Part shown: piece after piece, positions 29,542-38,505 of the stretch
Layout: each line of letters opens with the position of its first letter
How positions within the stretch are numbered: position 1 is the stretch's first letter
Source of the DNA: Dehalococcoidia bacterium
GTDB lineage: Bacteria; Chloroflexota; Dehalococcoidia; UBA2979
Direction of reading: 5' to 3'
DNA: 64,000 nucleotides
NCBI GenBank assembly: GCA_965247895.1
Contig: OZ252046.1
Coordinates: 3,319,155 to 3,383,154 of the forward strand
Notes under the pieces: model-generated
Databases searched by the model: none
What the model was told of the DNA's origin: nothing
The model's input: only the letters and a program-made list of their open reading frames with translations
Position numbers and translations under genes: made by a program

Positions 29542-31528
29542 CACGGAGTAGTGAGTTCGAACGTCCCGCAGTTGCTGGTGCTGATGCTGGACCACTCCGC
29601 TTGTACTTCGAAGGCGACTCGTCCGGGGCCTGATGCGACGCGGTGGCTGTTGTCGCGGTAGACGCGGCACAGGTTGCCGGTGTTGGTGGCGGCGTACGTG
29701 CCCGGAGCGAGTTCGGAGGGCACGAGGTAGACGCCGTCACCGAAGGAGGCGAGGCGGCTGGGAGTGTGGAGTTCGAACGTACCGCAGTCCCTGACGCGGA
29801 TGCTAGGCTACTCGGGCATTACCTCGAAGGTTATCCGTCCGGGCCCGGACGCCACGAGGCGGCTGTTCTCGCGGTAAACGCGGCATGAGTTGTCTGGGTC
29901 GGCGGCGCGGTACGTTCCCGGTGCGAGTTCGGAGGGCACGAGGTAGACGCCGTCACCGAAGGAGGCGAGGCGGCTGGGAGTGTGGAGTTCGAACGTACCG
30001 CAGTCCCTGACGCGGATGCTGGGCCACTCGGGCATTACCTCGAAGGTTATCCGTCCGGGTCCGGACGCCACGAGGCGGCTGTTCTCGCGGTAAACGCGGC
30101 ATGAGTTGTCTGAGTCGAGGGCGCGGTACGTTCCCGGTGCGAGTTCGGAGGGCACGAGGTAGACGCCGTCACCGAAGGAGGCGAGGCGGCTGGGAGTGTG
30201 GAGTTCGAACGTACCGCAGTCGCTGACGCGGATGCTGGGCCACTCGGGCATTACCTCGAAGGTAATCCGTCCGGGCCCGGACGCCACGAGGCGGCTGTTG
30301 TCGCCGTAAACGCGGCATGAGTTGTCCGTGTCGGTGGCGCGGTACGTTCCCGGCGCGATCTCGGAAGGCACGAGGTAGACGCCGTCACCGAAGGAGGCGA
30401 GGCGGCTCGGAGTGTGGAGTTCGAACGTTCCGCAGTCGCTGACGCGGATGCTGGGCCACTCGGGCACTACCTCGAAGGTTATCCGTCCGGGGCCTGATGC
30501 GACGAGGCGGCTGTTGTCGCCGTAGACGCGGCATGAGTTGTCCGTGTCGGTGGCGCGGTACGTTCCCGGCGCGATCTCGGAAGGCACGAGGTAGGTGCCG
30601 TCACCGAACGCTGCGGGAGCCGCAGCCGTTGGTGTGGGTGCGGGCGTCGCCGCCGCTGCGGATGTTGGCGTAGGAGTGGGCGCGGCCATCGCCGCCGTGG
30701 GCGTGAGCGTAGGTGTGTGCGCGTCGGCCCCCGCCGCCGTGGGCGTGGGCGTGGGCGGGGCCGTCGCTGCCGCTGCGGACGTTGACGTAGGAGCGGGCGC
30801 GGCCGTCGTCGCCGCCGCGGGCGTCGGCGTAGGTGTGTGCGCGTCGGCCCTCGACGCTGTGGGCGTCTCTGTCCTCGCCGCCACAGGCGTGGGCGTAGGT
30901 GAGGGGATGGCGACCCTCGCTGCAGCGGGCGTTGGCTTTGGTGTGGGTACAGACGGAGCCGCGCGTTGAGCGCGGGTTGGTGTTGCGGTTACGGCGTTCG
31001 AGCGGCTGAGAGTCGGCGCGGGAGTCGATCGGCGCAGGGGTGTCGTCGTTGCAGTGCGGGGCGCCACCGTGGCGCGCGCTGTGGCCGGTGGTGTTGAACT
31101 GTCGTCCGACTGCATTTGTCCGACGATGGCTCGACCGACAATGCCGACCGCGAGGACAGCGAGTAGCAGAGTCCACGGCCCGATCCTCGATCGTGAGCGG
31201 CTTGGTGGTGACTCAGGGCTGGCTTGTCGCGGCCTGCTCCGGGTGCCCTGCGTGCCGATCGCGGTTCAGATCCCGAGGTGCGGCCACCCGTATCAGCACG
31301 CGGCGTTCCGGCCCGCCACATGTCGTACGCGCGCCGCTGCTCTGCCCTCGACAGAGTCTCGAACGCGGCGTTGAGCCGTACCATGCGGGTGGCATCCGGC
31401 TCGGAGCTGCTGTCCGGGTGGTACTTGCGGGCGAGGCGACGGTAGGCGGCTTGAATGACCTCGGGCGAGGCGTTCGTGGAGACCTCAAGTTCCTCGTAGA
31501 GATCGAAGTCGGGAAAGCCCTCGCTCAT
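29541..31528 (-). pseudogene. disrupted gene: N-terminal J-domain, TM helix, Pro/Thr-rich linker, 5 x ~60-aa Cys-containing tandem repeat domains
   Basis: Frame 1 (ORF 30989..31528) carries a DnaJ J-domain DFDLYEELEV...YRRLARKYHPD, then garbage-like R-rich text. A different frame holds the TM helix IGPWTLLLAVLAVGIVGRAIVG, the PT linker and repeats (ORF 29808..31115), with no start codon before the TM helix. The last repeat is cut by TAG at 29808-29810, where the other repeats have TGG (Trp). ORF 29541..29723 is the remaining tail. Confidence 0.55.
29545..30600. repeat. ~180-bp near-identical tandem repeats (about 5.8 units) encoding the repeated extracytoplasmic domain
   Basis: Repeated peptide FGDGVYLVPSE(I/L)APGTYRA.D.DNSCRVY(G/R)(D/E)NSRLVASGPGRITFEVMPEWPSIRV(S/R)DCGTFELHTPSRLAS. 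Units differ by only a few nucleotides. Confidence 0.8.
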
Positions 31529-31569
31529 CCCCGGCCGCTAGCCGGGGCGGCGCGCGACGTAGATGGCGC
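31526..31569. repeat. 44-bp direct repeat, copy 2 (true 3' end of the metalloprotease gene, overlapping the J-domain gene start codon)
   Basis: Same sequence as 29498..29541 with 3 mismatches. Confidence 0.6.
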
Positions 31570-32956
31570 CGCCGGCGAGCGCGCCCGCCAGCAGCAACGC
31601 AACGAGGCCGACCGCGATGCCCACGACGGTGTTCGAGCCGCCGCCGCCGGCGCTCGCTGCCGCGGCCGTCGGCTCGGCGCTGTCCGTGCCGGCTCCGGCG
31701 GCAGGGGACGCCGCCTCGCTGGTCGCGGTCGGCGAGGCCTCGTCACGGTCGCCGGAGCCGCCGCTGGCGCCGATTGAGGTCGGGATTGCGAGGGGGGCGC
31801 GGGTCGCCTCGGCGACCGGGGCAGCGGTGGCCTCGGTGCGCGGCGCGTAGTCGATCGGGTCGAGGCCCTTGGCCACGCGCCAGAGGTTGTAGAGCCCGTC
31901 CAGGTCGACTCCGTAGACCTGCTCAAGGCCGCTGTCGGTGGAGGAGCCCTCGCGGATGACGCGGAACAGATCGGCGAATTGCTGCTCGCCGAACTCCTCG
32001 ATCATGTAGTCCACCACGGACCAGGATTGGCCGTATTGGATGTTGATCAGGTTCGGGTTGTTGCTGGGAGACTCCAGGTTGCGCAGGCGCAGCGTGCGGT
32101 CCGCGGCGATCGCGAAGGCGACCGCGTCGTCGTACTCCAGCCGCGAGCTCTGCATGTAGACCGCCGTGCCCTCGTCGAGCCACGAGGGGATCCGGGTGAA
32201 GGGGCCGTCGCCGGCGACGGCGGTAACGATGTGCGCCGCCTCGTGGCGCACGACGTCGATCGTGGCGTGGAAGACGAACAGGAGATCGGGGCTGACCCGC
32301 TGGCCCCCGGTATTCACGAGCCGGTCGAAGACCGCGCCCCGCGAGCGCATCGCCAGCTCGCCGTCGTCCTCGGAGGCCCAGACCATCACGCGCACCGGGT
32401 ACGGAACCTTCACCTGCAGCAGCCGCTCGGTGGCTTCGAGGGACGAGCGGGTGCCCTCCAGCACGCGTTCGGCGCGGTCGTGGTTGGTGCCGTAGTAGTA
32501 GACGGTCACGTCGCCGCCCTGCACGAAGACCCAGGGGTAGCGCCCGTCCAGGAAGAGGTAGCTCTGCTCCTCGGTGACGAAGCTCTCGTCGTCGGCGCCG
32601 GTGAAGCGCCAGTGGTAGCGGAACTGCGACCCGACCGGGATGTAGCGCCGCGACGTCCGCGTCTCGAGGGTGAGCGAGATGTCGAACTCCACGCCGCCCT
32701 CGAAGTCCTCGCGGACCACGCTCCCGCCGACGTCCCCTTCCTTCGGGTTGAGCACGCGATAGACGAGTTCCGCCTCTTTGAGCCCGGCGGAAGCGGCGAC
32801 GCGCACGCTGAAGGTGACCGAGGTCGGATCCTCGCTGCGCACGCGCAGGTTGGACGCCTCGATGCCCTCCGCGCGTGTCGCGCCCGGCCAGGCGAGCGCG
32901 AGGGCGAACGCTGCCGCAAGGCCGACGGAGGCCGCTGTTCGCAGCGCGAGCGTCAC
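31538..32956 (-). CDS. secreted zinc metallopeptidase (HExxH, MA-clan-like) with C-terminal TM anchor
   Basis: Signal peptide, HEAAHIV zinc motif, Ala/Gly/Ser-rich linker, and C-terminal helix VVGIAVGLVALLLAGALAGGAIYVARRPG. Confidence 0.65.
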   Translation of the reverse strand: MTLALRTAASVGLAAAFALALAWPGATRAEGIEASNLRVRSEDPTSVTFSVRVAASAGLKEAELVYRVLNPKEGDVGGSVVREDFEGGVEFDISLTLETRTSRRYIPVGSQFRYHWRFTGADDESFVTEEQSYLFLDGRYPWVFVQGGDVTVYYYGTNHDRAERVLEGTRSSLEATERLLQVKVPYPVRVMVWASEDDGELAMRSRGAVFDRLVNTGGQRVSPDLLFVFHATIDVVRHEAAHIVTAVAGDGPFTRIPSWLDEGTAVYMQSSRLEYDDAVAFAIAADRTLRLRNLESPSNNPNLINIQYGQSWSVVDYMIEEFGEQQFADLFRVIREGSSTDSGLEQVYGVDLDGLYNLWRVAKGLDPIDYAPRTEATAAPVAEATRAPLAIPTSIGASGGSGDRDEASPTATSEAASPAAGAGTDSAEPTAAAASAGGGGSNTVVGIAVGLVALLLAGALAGGAIYVARRPG

Positions 32957-34081
32957 TTGCGGGCGCCCTCCTCGACGCCCACCTGCTCGCGCAGCCAGGC
33001 GTAGATGAAGTCGTCGATCTCGCCGTCGAGGACGGCGTTGGTGTCGCTCGTCTCGAGGTTCGTGCGCAGGTCTTTGGCCATGCGGTAAGGGTGGAGGACG
33101 TACGAGCGGATCTGGTTGCCCCAGCCCGGTTGCACGTGCACGCCCTTGATGCGGGCGAGCTCCAGCTCGCGCTTCTCCAGCTCGATCTCGAGCAGACGTG
33201 ACTTGAGGACCTGCATGGCGGATTCGCGGTTTCGAAGCTGGGAGCGCTCGTTCTGACAGGTCACCACGATACCAGTCGACAGGTGTGTGAGCCGCACGGC
33301 GGTGTCGTTCTTCTGCACGTTCTGCCCGCCGTGGCCGCTGGCGCGGTAGGTGTCCACGCGCAGCTCGTCGGGGCGGATCTCGATCTCGATGTCCTCGTCC
33401 TGCGCCTCCGGCATCACCTCGACGAGGGCAAAGCTGGTGTGGCGGGAGTTCGAGGCGTCGAAGGGCGAGATCCGCACCAGCCGGTGCACGCCTCGCTCCG
33501 ATCGCAGCAGCCCGTAGGCGTCCTCGCCGATGATGCGGATCGAGACGGACTTGATGCCCGCCTCGTCACCGGGGGAGATCGAGACCACCTGGGTGCCGTA
33601 CTCGCGGCGCTCGCCCCAGCGCAGGTACATGCGCAGCAGCATCTCCACCCAGTCCTGCGCCTCGGTGCCGCCGGCCCCGGCGTGGATCGCCAGCACGGCG
33701 CTGTGGTCGTCGTAGGGGCCGCCGAGGGTGAGCGCCACCTCCAGCTCGGTGAACTGCGCCTCAAGGCCGCCGAGTTCGTCCTCGATGTCGCCTTCGAGCG
33801 CGTCGTGATCCTCGCCGTCCGTGTCGTCGGCGAGCTCAACGAGATCGGCGAGGTCGGCGGAGCGCTGTTCGAGTGTTCGCCAGGTCTCGACCTGACGCTC
33901 GAGGCGGGCGACGCGCTTCATCAGCGCCTGTGCGCGTTCGGAGTCGTTCCAGAGGTCGGGGGCGGCGGCCTGGGTGCGAGCCTCGGTCAGCTCGCGCTCG
34001 CGTGCGGGCAGGTCAAAGCCGCACCTGCACATCGCGCACGCGCTCGAGCAGTTCGGCCAGTCGCTGCCGCAGGTCGTCCAT
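32953..34081 (-). CDS. prfB: peptide chain release factor 2, requiring programmed +1 frameshift
   Basis: Frame 0: ATG 34081, MDDLRQRLAELLERVRDVQVRL, then TGA inside the canonical CTT TGA C shift site (34013-34019) with an AGGUG SD-like element upstream. The +1 frame continues DLPARERELTEA... through SPF and GGQ motifs to 32953. Confidence 0.9.
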
Positions 34082-34201
34082 ACCTTGATGTTCGCACGGG
34101 TAGGCGCAGAGCGCGAAGGGGCGCGCAGGGTGGTACGCCTTGGCGCGGGCGCTCGCCCGTATACTGCTGTGCAGGACGTGCGCACGGGGAGCGGCGCGGC
34201 G

Positions 34202-34882
34202 ATGAAGAAGCGGCTCACGGTCAACGTGGACGCCGAGGTGATCCCGGCGGCGAAGCGCTACGCCCGAGACCGCGGCGTCTCGTTGTCTTCGCTTGTCGAG
34301 CGATCGCTGCGCGAGCTGGCTGCGGAGGACGGGGCGGCGGCGAGCGATGCGGAGCCCACGACGGCCGCCGAATGGGAAGCGAGACGAGCAGCGTGGTTCG
34401 CAGGCCTGCGCCGCAATCGCAGGCCCGCGGGCCCCAACGCCGACGGCCTCCACGACTTCCGCGCCGGGACGGGCGATGAGGATTCCGAAGAGGTCGCCAG
34501 GGCCTGGGCTACGCGGTGGCGCGCCTGGTTCAACGGCGAACTCCCGCCTCCCCGGCGCAGCAAGGATCCGCGGTACCGCTACCTCGACGAAGGTCTTGGG
34601 AAGACGTACGGCATCCGTTGGACGGAGGATGATGAACCGTCGGCCGCGGAACCGCCCGCGGGACGCGACGCCAGGCGGCCGGGAGGCGACCACACGGATG
34701 ACGATCGGGGATCGTGGCTTGACCGCTGGCTTGAGCAGGCAGGTCCGCCCACCGGCAAGCTCAAGCCCCCCACGGGCGACGACCCTCGCTACGAGTATTA
34801 CTGGTACAAGTACCGCCTCTGGGAGGGGAACGAGGAGGAAGCGTCGGTCGCGGACGACCAGCACGCCCGGGCGACTCGCTGA
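34202..34882 (+). CDS. vapB: VapB-like ribbon-helix-helix antitoxin with unusually long (~170 aa) Trp/Arg/acidic-rich C-terminal extension
   Basis: N-terminus MKKRLTVNVDAEVIPAAKRYARDRGVSLSSLVERSLRELA is typical of VapB/RHH antitoxins. Its stop lies 3 nt before the PIN gene. Start taken at internal ATG 34202 of ORF 33974..34882. Confidence 0.55.
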   Translation: MKKRLTVNVDAEVIPAAKRYARDRGVSLSSLVERSLRELAAEDGAAASDAEPTTAAEWEARRAAWFAGLRRNRRPAGPNADGLHDFRAGTGDEDSEEVARAWATRWRAWFNGELPPPRRSKDPRYRYLDEGLGKTYGIRWTEDDEPSAAEPPAGRDARRPGGDHTDDDRGSWLDRWLEQAGPPTGKLKPPTGDDPRYEYYWYKYRLWEGNEEEASVADDQHARATR

Positions 34883-34885
34883 CCC

Positions 34886-35287
34886 GTGATCCTCATTGAC
34901 AGTGACGTCCTGCTTGATGTCGTGCTCCGGAGGGAACCGCACATCGGGCCATCTCTGGCCTTCCTCACCCAGACCCGGGAAGCCGACGAACTCGCCTCCG
35001 TCGCCTGGCACTCCATCGCGAACGTCTACTACGTCGCGGACCGGCATCACGTGGACGCGAGGGACTTCCTCCTCCGCTTGCTGGACTGGGTCGACATCGC
35101 GCCGACCGATGCGGATTCCGTGCGCTACGCCGCAGCGCTGCCGATGGCGGACTTCGAGGACGCGCTGCAGGCGGCCGCCGCCCGCGCCTGCGACGCCAGA
35201 CACATCGTCACGAGGAACCTCGCGGACTTCGCCGACTCGCCGATTCCGGCGATCAGCCCGCGCGAGGCGCTCCGCAACCTGTCCTGA
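34886..35287 (+). CDS. vapC: PIN-domain ribonuclease toxin VapC
   Basis: MILIDSDVLLDVV... with conserved acidic residues. GTG start. Confidence 0.8.
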   Translation: MILIDSDVLLDVVLRREPHIGPSLAFLTQTREADELASVAWHSIANVYYVADRHHVDARDFLLRLLDWVDIAPTDADSVRYAAALPMADFEDALQAAAARACDARHIVTRNLADFADSPIPAISPREALRNLS

Positions 35288-35305
35288 CGACCGGGGGCCC
35301 GGCCC

Positions 35306-36184
35306 CTACGCCACCCCCGCAGCCCGCAGCGTGTTCACCAGCAGCATGGCGATCGTCATCGGGCCGACGCCGCCGGGGACCGGCGTGATCGCCGAGGCGA
35401 CCTGCGAGACGCCCTCGAAGTCCACGTCGCCGGCGAGGCGCCAGCCGCGCTTGCGCGTGGCGTCGTCGACGCGGTTCGTGCCGACGTCGATGACTACCGC
35501 ACCGGGGCGCACCATCTCTGCCGTCACCGTGTGCGGCCGGCCGGCCGCGACGACGAGGATCTCGGCCTCGCGGGTGACGGCCCCGAGGTCGCTCGTGCCG
35601 GTGTGCGCCAGCGTGACGGTGGCGTTCGCGCCCTCCGCCTTCTGACCGAGCAGCAGCGCTAGCGGCTTGCCGACCAGCGTCGAGCGGCCGACGACGACGA
35701 CGCGCTTGCCGGCGGGGTCCACGCCGGTGCGCAGCAGCAACTGCTGCACGCCCGCCGGGGTGGCGGGCACGAGGTGCGGCTCGCCCTGCACGAGCCGCCC
35801 GAGGTTCACCGGGTGCAGCCCGTCCACGTCCTTCAGCGGATCGACCGCCTCGGTGACGGTGCGCTCGTCGAGCTGCGGCGGCAGCGGGAGCTGAACGAGG
35901 ATGCCCGAGACCGTCGGGTCGGCGTTGAGCCCGCGCACGATCTCCAGCAGCTCGTCCTGCGAGATGTCGGCGGGCGGCGTGAGCGTCTGCGCGTCGAGGC
36001 CGACCTCCTCGCAGGCGCGCGCCTTGTTGCGGACGTAGGTGGCGGAGGCGGGGTCGTCGCCGACGAGGACCGCCGTGAGCTGCGGCGCTACGCCGCCGCC
36101 CTCGAGGTGCGCGCGCACGCGGTCGGCGACCTCGACGCGGATGTCCGCGGCGATCGCGGCGCCGCTGATGACCTGGGCAGTCAC
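35306..36184 (-). CDS. folD: bifunctional methylenetetrahydrofolate dehydrogenase/methenyl-THF cyclohydrolase
   Basis: YVRNKARACEEVG, GRSTLVGKPLALLL, PGGVGPMTIAML. Confidence 0.9.
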   Translation of the reverse strand: MTAQVISGAAIAADIRVEVADRVRAHLEGGGVAPQLTAVLVGDDPASATYVRNKARACEEVGLDAQTLTPPADISQDELLEIVRGLNADPTVSGILVQLPLPPQLDERTVTEAVDPLKDVDGLHPVNLGRLVQGEPHLVPATPAGVQQLLLRTGVDPAGKRVVVVGRSTLVGKPLALLLGQKAEGANATVTLAHTGTSDLGAVTREAEILVVAAGRPHTVTAEMVRPGAVVIDVGTNRVDDATRKRGWRLAGDVDFEGVSQVASAITPVPGGVGPMTIAMLLVNTLRAAGVA

Positions 36185-36223
36185 GCTTGAATCCTCACGA
36201 GCGGAGAGTATAGCGGTCCGCGC

Positions 36224-36685
36224 GTGCTAGAATCGCGCGCCGTGAGTACGCACGCCGTTGGCGTCGACATGATCGAGATCGCTCGCGTCGCGCGCGTGCT
36301 GCAGCGCCACCCCCGTCGCTTCCTGGAGCGTGTCTACACGCCCGAGGAAGTCGCGTTCTGCCGGGGCCGCGTGCCGGAGCTGGCAGCCCGCTTCGCGGCG
36401 AAGGAGGCGGTGATGAAGGCGCTCGGCACGGGCGCGCGCTCCGTCGCCTGGCGCGACATCGAAGTGCTCCCGGACCGGCGCGGCAAGCCGCTGGTCTATC
36501 TCTACGGGGGCGCGGCGGCGCGCGCGGAAACGATCGGGCTGGACGCGATGGACATCTCGCTCAGCCACCTGGCGGAGTTCGCCATTGCCGTCGTGGTCTC
36601 CTCGCAGGAGCGCCGCGAGCAGGAGCCCGATGTTGCGCGCGCGCGGCTCGTCGAACGGCTGCGCGCCTCGGGGCGGCTCCAGTAG
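36224..36685 (+). CDS. acpS: holo-ACP synthase (4'-phosphopantetheinyl transferase AcpS)
   Basis: VGVDMIEIARV...FAAKEAVMKALG. The start could be the GTG at 36242. Confidence 0.8.
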   Translation: MLESRAVSTHAVGVDMIEIARVARVLQRHPRRFLERVYTPEEVAFCRGRVPELAARFAAKEAVMKALGTGARSVAWRDIEVLPDRRGKPLVYLYGGAAARAETIGLDAMDISLSHLAEFAIAVVVSSQERREQEPDVARARLVERLRASGRLQ

Positions 36686-36751
36686 GCCGAAGTACGGTGA
36701 AACGAACGCTCGCGGCGAGGCGCCTGCGAGCGTAAGCGAGGGGAAGTATTC

Positions 36752-38299
36752 ATGAAACTGGTCACGGTCGAGCAGATGCGCGCCCTGGAGGCGGCCGCCG
36801 TCGAGGCGGGAACGAGCGAAGCGGAGTTGATGGAGCGCGCCGGGGTCGTCATCGCGCAGGAGACCTGGATTAACATGGGCGCGGTCGAGGGTCGCACCGC
36901 GATCGTCCTCGTGGGGCCCGGCAAGAACGGTGGCGATGGGCTGCTGACGGCGATCAGCCTCAAGGAGTGGGGCGCCGATTCCGCCGTCTACCTCGTGGGC
37001 GATCGCCGCGACGACGATCCGCTGCTGCAGCGTGCCGTCGAGGCCGGCGTCGAGACGCTGAGGGCTGCCGACGATCCGGACTGCGAGCAGCTGGTGGAGG
37101 CGATGCGCGGCGCGCAGGGCATCGTCGATGCGCTGCTCGGCACGGGACTGAGCCGCCCGATCGACGGGCCGATCAAGGACGTGCTCGACCGCCTCGCCGA
37201 GGCGCGCGCCGACCGCACGCTGCGCCCGCATCTCGTCGCCATCGACGTGCCCTCGGGCGTGAATCCGGACACGGGGACGGCGGACCCGGCGGTGGTGCGC
37301 GCGGACACGACGGTCGCGCTCGGCTTCGCCAAGGTCGGGCTCTTCGCGATGCCTGCCCGCGCGATCGCCGGGAACATCGCGGAGGTCGAGATCGGGCTGC
37401 CGGAGGGCGCGGGCGACGGGCTCCCCTACGAGGAGATCCGGATGCGCGATCTCCAGCCGCTCATGCCCTTCCGTTCCGACGATGCGCACAAGGGGGTCTT
37501 CGGCACGGCCGTCGTCGCCGCCGGTTCGAAGTTCTACCCCGGCGCGGCGCGGCTCGCCTCGGAGGCGGCGCTGCGGGGTGGGGCGGGGCTGGTCGTGCTC
37601 GCCGCGCCGGAGTCGATCCAGCCGATGTTCGCCGCGCTGTCGCCGGAAGTCACGCACCACCCGCTGTCGGCGGGTGGCGCCACGGCTGCCGCGGAGCTGC
37701 TGGGCGCGCTCGCGGGCCGCGAGGCCCTGCTGATCGGCCCCGGCCTCAGCGACACGCCGGACACGGTCGAGTTCGTGAGCGGCGTGCTCGAGGGCCTCGA
37801 CGCGGTCGAGGGGCTGAGTGCGGCCGTATTCGACGCGGACGCGCTGAACGCGCTGGCGACGATCCCGGACTGGCACGAGCGGCTGTCCCTGCCTCGTGTG
37901 CTCACGCCGCACCCGGGCGAGATGGCGCGGCTGCTCGGTGTGAGCGTCGAGGACGTGCAGTCCGACCGGCTGCGGCACGCCACCGGGTACGCGCAGCGCA
38001 CGGGCAGCGTGGTGGTGCTCAAGGGCGCGGGCACGATCGTCGCCCACCCGGACGGGCGTGCGCGGCTCTCCGAGTTCGCCAGCGCCGTCCTCGCGACGGC
38101 CGGAACGGGCGACGTGCTGGCGGGCTTCATCGTCTCGCTGCTCGCGCAGGGGATGGACCCCTTCGACGCGGCCGCGGCGGCGGTCTACATGCACACTGAG
38201 TCCGGTCGAGCGCTGGAGTCGGCGATGGGTCTGTCGACGGCGATCGCCCAGGATCTGCTGCGCGTGCTGCCCGATACGCGGAAGGCGCTCGACGGCTAA
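36752..38299 (+). CDS. nnr: bifunctional NAD(P)H-hydrate repair enzyme Nnr (YjeF-N epimerase plus ADP-dependent dehydratase)
   Basis: N-terminal YjeF_N (GPGKNGGDGL) and C-terminal carbohydrate-kinase-like domain (GTGDVLAG). Confidence 0.85.
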   Translation: MKLVTVEQMRALEAAAVEAGTSEAELMERAGVVIAQETWINMGAVEGRTAIVLVGPGKNGGDGLLTAISLKEWGADSAVYLVGDRRDDDPLLQRAVEAGVETLRAADDPDCEQLVEAMRGAQGIVDALLGTGLSRPIDGPIKDVLDRLAEARADRTLRPHLVAIDVPSGVNPDTGTADPAVVRADTTVALGFAKVGLFAMPARAIAGNIAEVEIGLPEGAGDGLPYEEIRMRDLQPLMPFRSDDAHKGVFGTAVVAAGSKFYPGAARLASEAALRGGAGLVVLAAPESIQPMFAALSPEVTHHPLSAGGATAAAELLGALAGREALLIGPGLSDTPDTVEFVSGVLEGLDAVEGLSAAVFDADALNALATIPDWHERLSLPRVLTPHPGEMARLLGVSVEDVQSDRLRHATGYAQRTGSVVVLKGAGTIVAHPDGRARLSEFASAVLATAGTGDVLAGFIVSLLAQGMDPFDAAAAAVYMHTESGRALESAMGLSTAIAQDLLRVLPDTRKALDG

Positions 38300-38505
38300 G
38301 GCGGCGGCTGCCGGTGGCGCCGTGGGCTCGGCGCTTGACGGGCAGAGGCGGGTAGCCACTACCATGTCGGGGATACGCGTAGACGCGGTAGCGGAACTGA
38401 GCCGCAAGGGGGGCGTCGCGCGGTGATTGCTCACCTCGTTCCATGGCTGTCACACGGGCTCTGTGGAGTTGACGCGCGCGCGCGCGTCGCGCCGGAGCTG
38501 GCGCC

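Noticed and set aside
29808-29810. In-frame TAG codons (here and at 9920..9922) as possible amber read-through or recoding
   Set aside because: TAG is used as the ordinary stop of many intact housekeeping genes in this window (miaB, nrtR, infB, EF-G paralog, thioredoxin-like). A recoded amber is therefore unlikely; mutation or sequencing error is favoured.
29545-30600. CRISPR array: the regular 180-bp and 72-bp tandem repeats were checked
   Set aside because: The repeats are contiguous and in-frame within protein-coding genes, with no short direct repeats separated by unique spacers. No cas genes are present.
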